A stretch of DNA of 64,000 nucleotides from Syntrophomonadaceae bacterium (GCA_012728655.1 JAAYEQ010000026.1:28392-92391); one strand, 5' to 3'; numbered from the stretch's first letter, positions 1 to 9,301 are shown. The notes: generated by a model not told the origin, from the letters alone. Program-made: numbers and translations.

Positions 1-221
1 GCTGCATCGGCGGAGGAGGCCAGCCCCTGACGCGGACCGACCGGGATCGAGCCCGCCGCATGCAGGCCATATACGATGAGGATCGGGGCCGGCAGCGCAG
101 GAAAGCACACGAGAATCAAGAGGTGAAAGCGCTGTACCAAGATTACCTGGGAAGCGTTATGAGCCACAAAGCGCATGAACTGCTGCACACCAGGTATACC
201 CTGAAGAGAAAGAATACCTAG
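1..221 (+). CDS. [FeFe]-hydrogenase catalytic subunit, C-terminal fragment (5' end outside window)
   Basis: Frame 3 reads CIGGGGQPLTRTDRDRARRMQAIYDEDRGRQRRKAHENQEVKALYQDYLGSVMSHKAHELLHTRYTLKRKNT*. It carries the end of H-cluster motif L3 (C-x-GGGQP) and the conserved HydA C-terminal tail. Stop TAG at 219-221. Confidence 0.8.
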   Translation, partial: CIGGGGQPLTRTDRDRARRMQAIYDEDRGRQRRKAHENQEVKALYQDYLGSVMSHKAHELLHTRYTLKRKNT

Positions 222-560
222 CGGTGTCAAGACCGGGGTTAGAGCGGGTTCTATACCGGGCCGGGATCCGGCCGGTGCCCGCATGCCGGAGGCTGCATCA
301 ACCTGCCGCCTTGCGACGGTGGAGGATCCTGCAGCGTCCGGCGCTTTCCCGGCGCGATAACTGATGTATGGAAACCGCCATGCCCCTGTGTTCATTGCCA
401 GGATCTTCCCCCGGAGCTACCCCTCAACAGCACGTAGAAACGAGTCGAAAATTGACGAATATTAGTGTATAATATAGATGGTTTGCTTAAGACTTTACAG
501 AACGTGCCGCCAGTCATTGGTTACCATTGAACTAACTCGACTGGGGGGAGGGTTGAGCAA

Positions 561-3260
561 ATGGGTGAAGATTTAATTCCCATTATTGGCATAAATGAAG
601 AGAACTGTACCAACTGTCATCAATGCATTGCTGTTTGTCCGGTCAAGTTTTGCAGTGACGGCAGCGGCGATGTTGTCAAGTTCAACAACAACCTGTGCAT
701 CGGGTGCGGTCGCTGCATCGAGGCCTGCATAAAGAGTCATGGGGGAGTTATCGAAAAGAGTGCCCGTTATGCTATCGATGACAGCGAGGAATTCGTTAAT
801 AGCCTGGACTCTCGGGAGATAGTGGCTCTGGTAGCACCGTCGGCTCACGGCAACTTCAACCTGGGCCGGCTTATTACTGCCTTGAAAAAGTTGGGGGTTA
901 AGGGAGTATACGATGTTTCGCTGGGAGCGGAGATTACTGTAGCCTGCTACCATCGGATCATAGAAAGCGGGGATTTCGAACCGCCGGTTATTGCGACTCC
1001 CTGTCCTTCGGTGGTTCAATTTATTGAACTCCATCACCCCCTCCTTTTAAGGTATCTGGCCCCGGTTGGCAGTCCGGTATACAATCTGGGTGTTTATGTG
1101 CGGTCACTGCATCCGGGTGCGGAACTGGCTTTCATATCCCCCTGCCTGGCCAAGAGACGGGAGTTCCAAGAGAGCAGGATGGTTGATTACAACGTGACCT
1201 ACCGGTCGCTGCAGAGGATCCTGCGGGAGAGGAATATCGATCTGGATTCACTGGAGGAGAGTGAATTTGACGGCGGTGTAAAAGCCGGAATCACCACCAA
1301 TTTCTCCAGTGCCGGCGGGCTGAAGGAATCGTTTCTCTTCCATTACCCGGAGATTCCGGCCAGTAAAATTGTGAAGGTCGACGGACCGTTTGTATTTAAC
1401 GGCTACCTGGACAACCTGGAGAAGGCGATTGTCGAGAAAAGTGAGCATCTTCCCCTGTTGGTGGACATCCTGAGCTGTGAGAAAGGATGTAACATGGGGG
1501 TAGGGTGCATTAATAAAACGGTGGAGCTGACGGATTATCTGACCGCTACTCGCGCCGAGAGAGCCATAAAGGACCGGGAGGCCCAGGAAAGGCTGAAGAA
1601 GTTCCTGGATGAGGTACTGGCTGCCCATAACTTTTCCTATCGCAAATACCGGGACCTGTCACGACGCAGGGAGATCAAGATTCCTACCGACGCCGAGTTG
1701 GAAAAGATATACCGTGACATGCACAAGGTTGAAGAAAAGGAATTCCGCAATTGTGCCGCCTGCGGGTACAACTCCTGCTATCAGATGGCGGTGGCCATAT
1801 TCAACGGACTGAATAAGGCGGCCAACTGCCACCTCTATCAGGAAAAGGAACTGCGGATCGAACAGGAAGCCCTGCAACGGATACACTCCAACCTGACCAA
1901 TGTTTTTGACACCATGTCGGACGGAGTCATCGTATTGGACAAGGCCGGCCGGGTTACCAACTTCAACCGAGCCGCCCTTGAGATCACGGGTTATTCGGGT
2001 AATGATCTGCTGGGTGCCAGTGTGGTTGATCTCTTTTCCGGGAAAGCGCCCGGCACCCTTAAACTGCTGGAAACAGGAGAAGCCTTTGCCGACCGTGAGA
2101 TCCTTCTGGATGGGAAACGCGGCAAGATCCATGCTACCGCCACCGGAAAACCCATCCTTGATGCGGAGAACCGGGTCATAGGGGCTACCATATTTCTGAT
2201 ACCCATTGCCCAGGTAACGCAGTTGGTCAACAAGTTTTCAGGTGCCCAGGCCAACTTTACATTTGCTTCGATAATCGGTGAAGACCCGCAGCTGAAAAAC
2301 GCAGTAAACCTGGCGATGATGGCGGCCACCAACTCTTCCACCGTTCTGCTGCAGGCGGAGAGCGGCACCGGCAAAGAGGTGTTTGCCCAGGCTATTCATA
2401 ACGCCAGTGCGCGCAGCAACGGGCCCTTTGTGGCCATCAACTGCGCGGCGATACCGAGGGACCTGGTGGGCAGCGAATTGTTCGGTTACGCCGAGGGCGC
2501 CTTCACCGGAGCCAAGCGCGGAGGACGACCGGGCAAGTTTGAACTGGCCAACAAAGGCACTCTTTTGCTGGATGAGATCGGAGACATGCCCCTGGAGCAG
2601 CAGGGGGCGTTACTGCGGGCCATACAGGAAAAGGCCGTGATGAGAGTGGGAGGAGACACCCCCATCAAAGTTGATGTAAGAATAATTGCCGCTACCAACC
2701 AGAACCTGCTTGCTCTGGTGGACCAGGGAAGATTCCGGGCCGATCTCTATTACCGGCTTAATGTGATCAAGATCAACATTCCTCCACTGCGAGAACGGCG
2801 GGGCGATATCAGGCTCTTTTTCAACCATTTCCTGACGGAAATGTCGCAGAGGTTGGGCCGCAGGATTTCCGGGGTCGAATCGGAGGTCTACAAGTACCTG
2901 GAGGAATATGACTGGCCGGGAAATGTCCGCGAATTGCAGAACGTGCTGGAAAGAATGATTCTGGTTTCCCCGAACGGTGTCTTGACGGTAGACTCCCTTC
3001 CGCGAGAGATTATCGAAAAAAGCAGGTCAGGTGCACCGGCGCGAGCGAGGTCCGGTTGGACGGCTGATGACCAGACCGTGTTCCCGGAACAGCCGCTGGA
3101 TCGAAAAACGCGGAAGATGCTGGCCGGCGAACAGGAGAAAAAACAGATAATCAGGGTCCTGAATGAGTGTGCCGGCAATGTCAGCAAAGCCTCGGCTATG
3201 CTGGGGATTTCTCGCAATACCATGTACAAGAAGATGAAAAAATACAATATCGTTAATTAG
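561..3260 (+). CDS. sigma54-dependent transcriptional activator with N-terminal 2x[4Fe-4S] ferredoxin and HydS-type sensory [FeFe]-hydrogenase-like domain, then PAS, AAA+ and Fis-type HTH
   Basis: 899-aa ORF with SD GGGGGGAGGG 8 nt upstream. Two ferredoxin motifs: [12 protein letters not shown] and [12 protein letters not shown]-cluster-like motifs: ATPCPS (Cys148), SPCLAKRRE (Cys195), [12 protein letters not shown] (Cys306/310/316). Accessory cluster motif Cx2Cx4Cx16C at C398/C401/C406/C423. PAS at about aa 440-550. Walker [14 protein letters not shown] loop at nt 2496-2513. C-terminal [28 protein letters not shown]. Confidence 0.9.
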   Translation: MGEDLIPIIGINEENCTNCHQCIAVCPVKFCSDGSGDVVKFNNNLCIGCGRCIEACIKSHGGVIEKSARYAIDDSEEFVNSLDSREIVALVAPSAHGNFNLGRLITALKKLGVKGVYDVSLGAEITVACYHRIIESGDFEPPVIATPCPSVVQFIELHHPLLLRYLAPVGSPVYNLGVYVRSLHPGAELAFISPCLAKRREFQESRMVDYNVTYRSLQRILRERNIDLDSLEESEFDGGVKAGITTNFSSAGGLKESFLFHYPEIPASKIVKVDGPFVFNGYLDNLEKAIVEKSEHLPLLVDILSCEKGCNMGVGCINKTVELTDYLTATRAERAIKDREAQERLKKFLDEVLAAHNFSYRKYRDLSRRREIKIPTDAELEKIYRDMHKVEEKEFRNCAACGYNSCYQMAVAIFNGLNKAANCHLYQEKELRIEQEALQRIHSNLTNVFDTMSDGVIVLDKAGRVTNFNRAALEITGYSGNDLLGASVVDLFSGKAPGTLKLLETGEAFADREILLDGKRGKIHATATGKPILDAENRVIGATIFLIPIAQVTQLVNKFSGAQANFTFASIIGEDPQLKNAVNLAMMAATNSSTVLLQAESGTGKEVFAQAIHNASARSNGPFVAINCAAIPRDLVGSELFGYAEGAFTGAKRGGRPGKFELANKGTLLLDEIGDMPLEQQGALLRAIQEKAVMRVGGDTPIKVDVRIIAATNQNLLALVDQGRFRADLYYRLNVIKINIPPLRERRGDIRLFFNHFLTEMSQRLGRRISGVESEVYKYLEEYDWPGNVRELQNVLERMILVSPNGVLTVDSLPREIIEKSRSGAPARARSGWTADDQTVFPEQPLDRKTRKMLAGEQEKKQIIRVLNECAGNVSKASAMLGISRNTMYKKMKKYNIVN

Positions 3261-3267
3261 CCTGATC

Positions 3268-3326
3268 TGTCACCCGATTGTCAACCCGGGTACGGTGGTT
3301 TACAAAAAGGTGACAAATGCTGACAC
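3268..3326 (+). promoter_or_regulatory. candidate upstream activator sequence (four TGTCA pentamers in inverted arrangement)
   Basis: TGTCA at 3268-3272 and 3279-3283. TGACA at 3311-3315 and 3321-3325. Pentamer pairs are spaced 10-11 bp (one helical turn). The block lies about 250-300 bp upstream of the sigma54 promoter at 3573. Confidence 0.4.
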
Positions 3327-3427
3327 GATTGAGCCGTGAAAGAAGCCGGGAGGGCCGGACTACGGCCACGGTGTTACCGGAGATAACAGGTGAAGTTTCC
3401 TGCAATTTCCAGTTATCCTTGGTGGTC

Positions 3428-3459
3428 CCGCAGCCTTTATGAGGCTGCGGTTTCTTTTT
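3428..3459 (+). terminator. intrinsic terminator after the regulator gene
   Basis: Stem CCGCAGCC / GGCTGCGG, 7-nt loop, followed by TTTCTTTTT. A second weaker hairpin CCGGC/GCCGG plus T7 lies at 3524-3547. Confidence 0.6.
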
Positions 3460-3572
3460 GCCCGGATTTGAGGGACGGTAACACCGCTGTCCGTCCGTCC
3501 GCCGGACACTGCGGTTTTTCTGTCCGGCTTTAAGGCCGGTTTTTTTCCGAACCCTGCTCGCTGACGCCAATG

Positions 3573-3588
3573 TGGCACGCAATTTGCA
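3573..3588 (+). promoter_or_regulatory. sigma54 (-24/-12) promoter
   Basis: TGGCACgcaatTTGCA matches the TGGCAC-N5-TTGCW consensus exactly. It lies about 75 nt upstream of the ATG at 3662. A sigma54 activator gene is immediately upstream. Confidence 0.85.
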
Positions 3589-3661
3589 AGTGATAATTGA
3601 CAAAAGACAAAGTCGACGCAGCAAGTCAGTCAAGCGAGCAAAATGTAAGGAGGGAGATCTT

Positions 3662-4231
3662 ATGACAACCACAGCAGCAACGAAGCAAAAGGTCATTACT
3701 CCGTTGGGCAGCGCCTATACCAGAGCGGTGGAGGATTTCGTAAAAGCGATCACTTGTCCTCGTTGTGAGTACGATGTTTATGCCGTCGGCATCGCTTTGG
3801 AGTACTTTGTTGGTTCGGTGTTCATGACGCTGGCTGAGATGGGCCGGGATGTTGCCAGGTCGGAGTATACGCATCTGGCCATGATGCAACTGGAAAGAAA
3901 AGAAAAAATAGTGGCGGTCAACAACAACAAGCTTAACCAGATGCTGCAGTATTTCTACGACAACGGAGGTCCGATTATCGAGCCGCCGGTGGATGAACAG
4001 AAGGCTGCCCGAATCGCACCGCGATTCAAGGCCATCATCAACGAATTCTGTGACCGCATGGATGCCCTGGTAACCAAGGCATCCGCCGGCAGGATCGGGG
4101 TACGCGAGATGGAGAAGGAGACCAATGCCGCCGTTCTCGAAGTTTACACGGCCATGAAGGCTCTGTATCGCGAGTATGAATTGCGGAACGCCTTTGATGA
4201 TTTGCTCAGCTTCAGGACCAATAAGGACTGA
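3662..4231 (+). CDS. hypothetical protein, N-terminal ComFB-like Cys motif (sigma54-dependent target)
   Basis: Start moved to ATG 3662, which has SD AAGGAGGGAG 5 nt upstream. The ORF-track start at 3572 overlaps the promoter. 189 aa. Motif ITCPRCEYDVYAVGIAL resembles the ComFB C-x2-C-x2-DV-x-A-x2-L signature. The rest is not recognised. Confidence 0.7.
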   Translation: MTTTAATKQKVITPLGSAYTRAVEDFVKAITCPRCEYDVYAVGIALEYFVGSVFMTLAEMGRDVARSEYTHLAMMQLERKEKIVAVNNNKLNQMLQYFYDNGGPIIEPPVDEQKAARIAPRFKAIINEFCDRMDALVTKASAGRIGVREMEKETNAAVLEVYTAMKALYREYELRNAFDDLLSFRTNKD

Positions 4232-4360
4232 GATTATGCGAAAGCTTTATCCGGCAGGCGATTGGTTTCCCGATGAACCCCCGGGACCAGGCTGTCTCCA
4301 GGTTTGAGGGCAGCCTGGTCCACAACTCCACCGCTGCAACGAAGCTTATCTCTCATTTTT

Positions 4361-4392
4361 CCTCCCTCTATGGCGGGAGGTTTTATTTGTTT
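4361..4392 (+). terminator. intrinsic terminator
   Basis: Stem CCTCCC / GGGAGG with 8-nt loop, followed by TTTTATTTGTTT. A longer hairpin GGACCAGGCTG/CAGCCTGGTCC at 4285-4321 precedes it. Confidence 0.6.
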
Positions 4393-4488
4393 ATGCAGGA
4401 ATTTGACATTGCAAGCGGAATATAAGATTTGTTATATAAAATTAAGTAACGTATTAATGAAAATTAAATTTTACGGGGAGGGCTAAAC

Positions 4489-5655
4489 TTGCACAGGTTT
4501 AAACAGGTGGCTTTATTGTTGAGCCTTTTGTTGTTGCTCGGATTGGCGGTCGGTTGCGGCGGTGGCAGCCAGACGACCGGCGGAAGTGATGAGGATGTTG
4601 TCAAGGTCGGCTTTCTGGGGGCCCTAACCGGAGATGTGGCCTGTTACGGTATTCCGGGCCTAAAGGGGCTTGAACTGGCGGTGGAGGAGATAAACGCCAA
4701 TGGCGGAATCCTCGGCAAGAAAGTGGTCATTGTCAAGGAAGACAACGCCGGTGATAAAACCGAAGCCGCATCCATAGTTAAGAAATTCATCAGCAAGGAC
4801 AAGGTTAACGCGATAATCGGGGATCCCTGCACCGGCATCACCATAGTTGCGGCCAGGATTGCCCAGGATCATGAGATGGTTCTCATTTCTCCCGGAGCTT
4901 GCGGCGAGGGAGCTATTGACGCAGGTGATTACTGTTTCCGCAACACCCTGTTGGACAAAATGGCCTGTCCGGCAGTAACCAAATACCTGATTGACAAGGG
5001 CTACAAGAATTTTGCCCTGGTTACCGCGATTAATGACGAGTACAGCGTAGGATTGTCCAACTATTTCCGTGCTGCCTTGAAGGAGTATGGCGGCAACATC
5101 GTGATCGAGGAGAGCATTCAGAGAGGTGACACCAATTTTGCCGCCCAGGTGACCAAGATCAAGCCCACCAACCCGGATATTATAATTTTCACCGGGTACT
5201 ACCAGGAAGCAGCGCTTTTCATGAAAGAGGTGCGCAAGCAGGGGATGGATCAGATTTTCGTCGCCGGGGACGGCTGCCTGGGTGAGGAATTGTACAAACT
5301 CGGCGGTGACGCGGTTGAAGGCGGTATCGTCTACTGCGGGTTCTCACCGGAGCAGAACAGGCCCGAGGTGAAGGAATTCCTGGATGCTTACGCCAAGAAA
5401 TATAACGGAGAATTGGCCGATATGTTCGCCGCCCAGTATTATGATGCGATGTATATCGTAGCCCAAGCCATGGAAAGGGCCGGCAGCACCGATCCCAAGG
5501 TCTACAAGGCTGAGATGGCCAACACCAAGGATTTCCCCGGCGTTTCAGGAATTACAACCTTTGGACCGGACCGCGAGCCGATCAAGAATCCCGTATTCCT
5601 GTTGCAGGTGAAGGACAACAGTTTCAAGCTTCTGGATACGGCAGAGGTTATCTAA
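4489..5655 (+). CDS. branched-chain amino acid ABC transporter substrate-binding lipoprotein (LivK/LivJ family)
   Basis: TTG start with SD GGGGAGGG. Signal peptide with lipobox LAVGC. Type I periplasmic-binding-fold sequence (VKVGFLGALTGD...). First gene of a livHMG-type operon. Confidence 0.85.
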   Translation: MHRFKQVALLLSLLLLLGLAVGCGGGSQTTGGSDEDVVKVGFLGALTGDVACYGIPGLKGLELAVEEINANGGILGKKVVIVKEDNAGDKTEAASIVKKFISKDKVNAIIGDPCTGITIVAARIAQDHEMVLISPGACGEGAIDAGDYCFRNTLLDKMACPAVTKYLIDKGYKNFALVTAINDEYSVGLSNYFRAALKEYGGNIVIEESIQRGDTNFAAQVTKIKPTNPDIIIFTGYYQEAALFMKEVRKQGMDQIFVAGDGCLGEELYKLGGDAVEGGIVYCGFSPEQNRPEVKEFLDAYAKKYNGELADMFAAQYYDAMYIVAQAMERAGSTDPKVYKAEMANTKDFPGVSGITTFGPDREPIKNPVFLLQVKDNSFKLLDTAEVI

Positions 5656-5771
5656 ACCAGTTATATATTTAAAATCCTGTCACTGAAAGCGATGGGTGGG
5701 GAGGGAAAATTGAACTAGACCGGTTCCACTTCTCCACCCATGTTTGTGGATGCGATGTTTCGGAGGAGTAT

Positions 5772-6647
5772 ATGTTCTGGCAGCAGTTGATAAACGGTCT
5801 GACTCTGGGCAGCTCCTACGCCCTGATCGCCCTGGGCTATACCATGGTGTACGGAATAATACAATTGATAAATTTTGCCCACGGCGAGATCTATATGTTC
5901 GGCGCCTTTGTGGGGCTGTTCCTGGTCTTGACATTTAAGGTCAATATCTTTGTCGCCGTCCTGGGAGCGATGATCTTCTGCATGCTTTTGGGGATGCTGA
6001 TCGAGAGGGTGGCATATCGCCCCTTGCGCGGTTCTTCACGCCTGTCGGCACTGATAAGCGCCATCGGGGTTTCCATTTTTCTGTCCACGCTGATGGTCCT
6101 GATCCGGGGACCCAAGGTCACCAGCTACCCTGCGGGTATCTTCAAGATTGCGTACTTCGATCTGGGTACGGTTGAGATTTCCAGCCTGCAGATTATCATA
6201 CTGGTGACAGCCGGACTCTTGATGCTGGGATTACAGCTCCTGATTCAACACACCCGCATCGGCAAGGCCATGCGCGCCTGCTCACAGGACCTGGATGCGG
6301 CGCGGCTGATGGGAATCAATGTAGATCGCGTGATATCCTTTACCTTTGCCGTGGGTTCGGCCTTGGCAGCCGCCGGTGGCGTAATGGTGGGGATTTACTA
6401 CAATGCCGTGCAGCCCTATATGGGACTTATGGCCGGGCTGAAGGCGTTCGCGGCGGCGGTTCTCGGAGGAATCGGTTCCGTCCCCGGGGCCATGGCGGGA
6501 GGTATGGTCCTGGGAATCCTGGAGAACCTGGGGATTGCTTATCTGTCTTCTTCGTACAAGGATGCTATAGCTTTCGGTATCTTGATCCTGTGCCTGCTGG
6601 TGCGCCCCCAGGGATTGCTGGGCAAGGCTACCACCAAGAAAGTCTGA
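5772..6647 (+). CDS. livH: branched-chain amino acid ABC transporter permease LivH
   Basis: N-terminus MFWQQLINGLTLGSSYALIALGYTMVYGIIQLINFAHGE is typical of LivH. SD GGAGGAG. Confidence 0.9.
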   Translation: MFWQQLINGLTLGSSYALIALGYTMVYGIIQLINFAHGEIYMFGAFVGLFLVLTFKVNIFVAVLGAMIFCMLLGMLIERVAYRPLRGSSRLSALISAIGVSIFLSTLMVLIRGPKVTSYPAGIFKIAYFDLGTVEISSLQIIILVTAGLLMLGLQLLIQHTRIGKAMRACSQDLDAARLMGINVDRVISFTFAVGSALAAAGGVMVGIYYNAVQPYMGLMAGLKAFAAAVLGGIGSVPGAMAGGMVLGILENLGIAYLSSSYKDAIAFGILILCLLVRPQGLLGKATTKKV

Positions 6648-6732
6648 CGGCAGTTTGCGAAAAATCCCCTCAGTTAAGCGCAAGCAGGAGCAGTTCACGT
6701 TGGAGTATCTGGTCATGGCACGGAGGTAAGCC

Positions 6733-7635
6733 GTGGAAGCGTTTATCCTGCAGTATGTAGATATATATGTTCTGCAAATAATGGTTTTGATCGGCATCAA
6801 CATAATTATGGCCCTGGGTTTAAACCTGATCACCGGAGTGACCGGGCAATTGTCCATGGGCCATGCGGGATTTATGAGCATTGGTGCCTATACCTCGGCC
6901 ATCCTTTCTTTGCATTACGGCATGCCCTTCTGGTTCTGCCTGGCGGCGGCGGGGTTGATGGCCGCTTTGGCCGGAGTTTTCATTGGAATACCGACCCTGA
7001 GGCTGGAAGGAGACTACCTGGCCATGGTCACCATCGGTTTTGCCGAGATCGTGCGGGTGGTATTCCTTAATCTGGACATTGCCGGCCGCGGAATGGGGCT
7101 GTCCGGGATACCGGCCACCACCAACTTTACCCTGGTCTGGGGGCTGGTTATTGTCATTGTGCTTTTAAACGCCGGACTTTTGAAGTCGAGACCCGGGCGG
7201 GCGCTGTATTCGATACGCGAGGACGAGATCGCGGCCGAGGCTTCGGGAGTCAATACCACCCTCTACAAAGTGGTGGCCTTCGCCATTGGCACCTTCCTGG
7301 CCGGTATCGGCGGGTCGCTCTATGCCCATTACCTAACCTACATCAGTCCCCAGGACTTCGACTTTATGAGGTCGGTCGAGTATTTGAACATGGTGGTTTT
7401 GGGAGGAATGGGCAGCATCCCCGGAACCATTCTGGGAACGGTGATTCTGACCATCCTTCCCGAGGTTTTGCGTTTTGTACAGGATTACCGGCTGCTGTTC
7501 TACGGCGCCTTGCTGGTTACACTCATGATATTCCGGCCCAATGGACTGCTGGGCGATGTGCGCTGGATCGATGTTAAGCGGACCTGGGCGCGGATAAGAG
7601 GGCAGTCCCTGGCCTCATCCAGTTCTGACAGTTAG
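6733..7635 (+). CDS. livM: branched-chain amino acid ABC transporter permease LivM
   Basis: GTG start with SD GGAGG. LNLITGVTGQLSMGHAGFMSIGAY is typical of LivM. Confidence 0.85.
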   Translation: MEAFILQYVDIYVLQIMVLIGINIIMALGLNLITGVTGQLSMGHAGFMSIGAYTSAILSLHYGMPFWFCLAAAGLMAALAGVFIGIPTLRLEGDYLAMVTIGFAEIVRVVFLNLDIAGRGMGLSGIPATTNFTLVWGLVIVIVLLNAGLLKSRPGRALYSIREDEIAAEASGVNTTLYKVVAFAIGTFLAGIGGSLYAHYLTYISPQDFDFMRSVEYLNMVVLGGMGSIPGTILGTVILTILPEVLRFVQDYRLLFYGALLVTLMIFRPNGLLGDVRWIDVKRTWARIRGQSLASSSSDS

Positions 7636-7679
7636 GGGAAAGCCATTACCAGGTTTATCCTGGAAAGCTGGGAGATATC

Positions 7680-8441
7680 ATGGCGATTTTGGAAATTAAA
7701 AATGTCAGTCAGGAGTTTGGAGGTCTCCTGGCCCTGGACCGGGTGAGTATGACGGTGGAAAAGGGAGAAATCTTCGGGTTGATTGGTCCCAACGGCGCCG
7801 GCAAGACCACCCTGTTTAACCTTATCACCGGGATTTACCGCCCCAGTTCGGGGGAAGTGTGGTTTCAAGGACGCTCCATTGGAGGGCTTAGACCCTACCG
7901 CATTGCTACGGTTGGAATCGGGCGGACTTTTCAGAACATCCGCCTGTTCAAGAAACTCTCGGTGTTGGATAATGTGCGGGTGGGGATGCATTCGGTTTCC
8001 CGGGCGGGTTTTGTATCCGCCATGCTTCATACCCCCTGGGCGGTAAAGCGCGAAAAGGTTACCTGCGAGAAGTCCATGGCCTTGTTGAAACTGGTGGGAC
8101 TGGAGAATAAGGCCATCGAACTGGCGGGAAGCCTGCCCTACGGCGAACAGCGCCGCCTGGAGATAGCACGGGCTATGGCTCTGGAGCCGTCCCTGCTTCT
8201 GCTGGACGAGCCGGCAGCCGGCATGAACGCAACCGAGAAGGAAGAACTGCTGGTTCTGATCCGCAGGATTCGGGAGATGGGAGTGACCGTTCTCCTGGTG
8301 GAACACGATATGAACGTGGTCATGAACATCTGCGATCGTATTGCCGTCCTGGATTATGGCCGCAAGATTGCCGAGGGCACTCCCGAAGAGATAAAAAATA
8401 ACCCTCGGGTTATAGAATCCTACCTCGGGGTGGAGTTGTGA
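7680..8441 (+). CDS. livG: branched-chain amino acid ABC transporter ATP-binding protein LivG
   Basis: Walker [10 protein letters not shown], signature [14 protein letters not shown], Walker [11 protein letters not shown], and the LivG-type C-terminal tail. Confidence 0.9.
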   Translation: MAILEIKNVSQEFGGLLALDRVSMTVEKGEIFGLIGPNGAGKTTLFNLITGIYRPSSGEVWFQGRSIGGLRPYRIATVGIGRTFQNIRLFKKLSVLDNVRVGMHSVSRAGFVSAMLHTPWAVKREKVTCEKSMALLKLVGLENKAIELAGSLPYGEQRRLEIARAMALEPSLLLLDEPAAGMNATEKEELLVLIRRIREMGVTVLLVEHDMNVVMNICDRIAVLDYGRKIAEGTPEEIKNNPRVIESYLGVEL

Positions 8442-9301
8442 AATCCCGCAGCCCGTACCTGATGCTGGCAGCCGCTATTCTTTGTCTTTCCACCGGTGCA
8501 ATCCTGGTGCGGTTCACAACCGCTCCTTCCCTGGTAATCGCTTTTTACCGCCTTTCCCTGACGGCAATTTTGGCAGGGCTCCTGATGGCAGGCACCGGAC
8601 AGGCTTGGCCCGCCAGGTGGTCCGATGTGCCCCGCGCCGGGTTGGCCGGCCTGTTTTTGGCCCTGCATTTCGCGTTCTGGATAACCTCGTTATCCTACAC
8701 TTCAGTTGCCAGTTCGGTGTTGTTTACCAACCTCCAGGTAATATTCGTAATCATTTTTTCCGCCCTTTTTCGTAAGGAGAGGATCACTCCCCGCGCTTTG
8801 GCCGGGGTGGTTTTGGCTCTGGCGGGCAGTGCCGTCATCGGCGGCGGGGACCTGTTAAGCGGACGACTGTTGGGGGATATCCTGGCCCTGATCGGCGGTC
8901 TCATGTTTGCAGTCTATTTGATGTTCGGGCGCAGCCTCAGGTCGGGGGTGGAAATCTGGCCCTACACGGTTGTGGTCTCGGGCATGGCCGGTATCTTCCT
9001 GGCGATAGGTGTGGCTGCAGCCGGCCTGCCGTTTGGAGGTTATCCAATGACAGACTATATCTGCTTCCTGCTGATGGCTGTTCTGCCCGGGATCGGGGGA
9101 CATGGTATCCTGAACTGGGCCCTGAAATACATCAAGGCTCCCGTGGTTGCCATCTCCGTACTGGGAGAATCGGTGGGAGCCTCTATCCTGGGCTATCTCA
9201 TACTGCACGAGAGCCTGGCCTGGTTCCAACTGCTGGGGGGTGCAATGGTACTCTCCGGCATTTACTGGGCGGTACGGACCGAAGCTACTCCCACGCCTTG
9301 A
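8438..9301 (+). CDS. EamA/DMT family transporter
   Basis: GTG start overlaps the livG stop (GTGA). About 10 hydrophobic segments, sequence consistent with two EamA repeats. Confidence 0.75.
   Translation: MKSRSPYLMLAAAILCLSTGAILVRFTTAPSLVIAFYRLSLTAILAGLLMAGTGQAWPARWSDVPRAGLAGLFLALHFAFWITSLSYTSVASSVLFTNLQVIFVIIFSALFRKERITPRALAGVVLALAGSAVIGGGDLLSGRLLGDILALIGGLMFAVYLMFGRSLRSGVEIWPYTVVVSGMAGIFLAIGVAAAGLPFGGYPMTDYICFLLMAVLPGIGGHGILNWALKYIKAPVVAISVLGESVGASILGYLILHESLAWFQLLGGAMVLSGIYWAVRTEATPTP

Noticed and set aside
285-342. Long-range stem GCCGGAGGCTGCA / TGCAGCGTCCGGC (one mismatch) between the hydrogenase gene and the regulator
   Set aside because: It has no U-tract, so it is not called a terminator. 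In GC-rich DNA such pairings arise easily, and the function is undetermined. A nearby TTGACG (452-457) / TATAAT (468-473) pair has only a 10-bp spacer, so it was not called a promoter.
3572-3661. ORF-track start codon at 3572 for the 219-aa ORF
   Set aside because: This ATG lies inside the sigma54 -24 element (TGGCAC) and has no SD. ATG 3662 has a strong SD (AAGGAGGGAG), so the N-terminal 30 codons are treated as untranslated leader.
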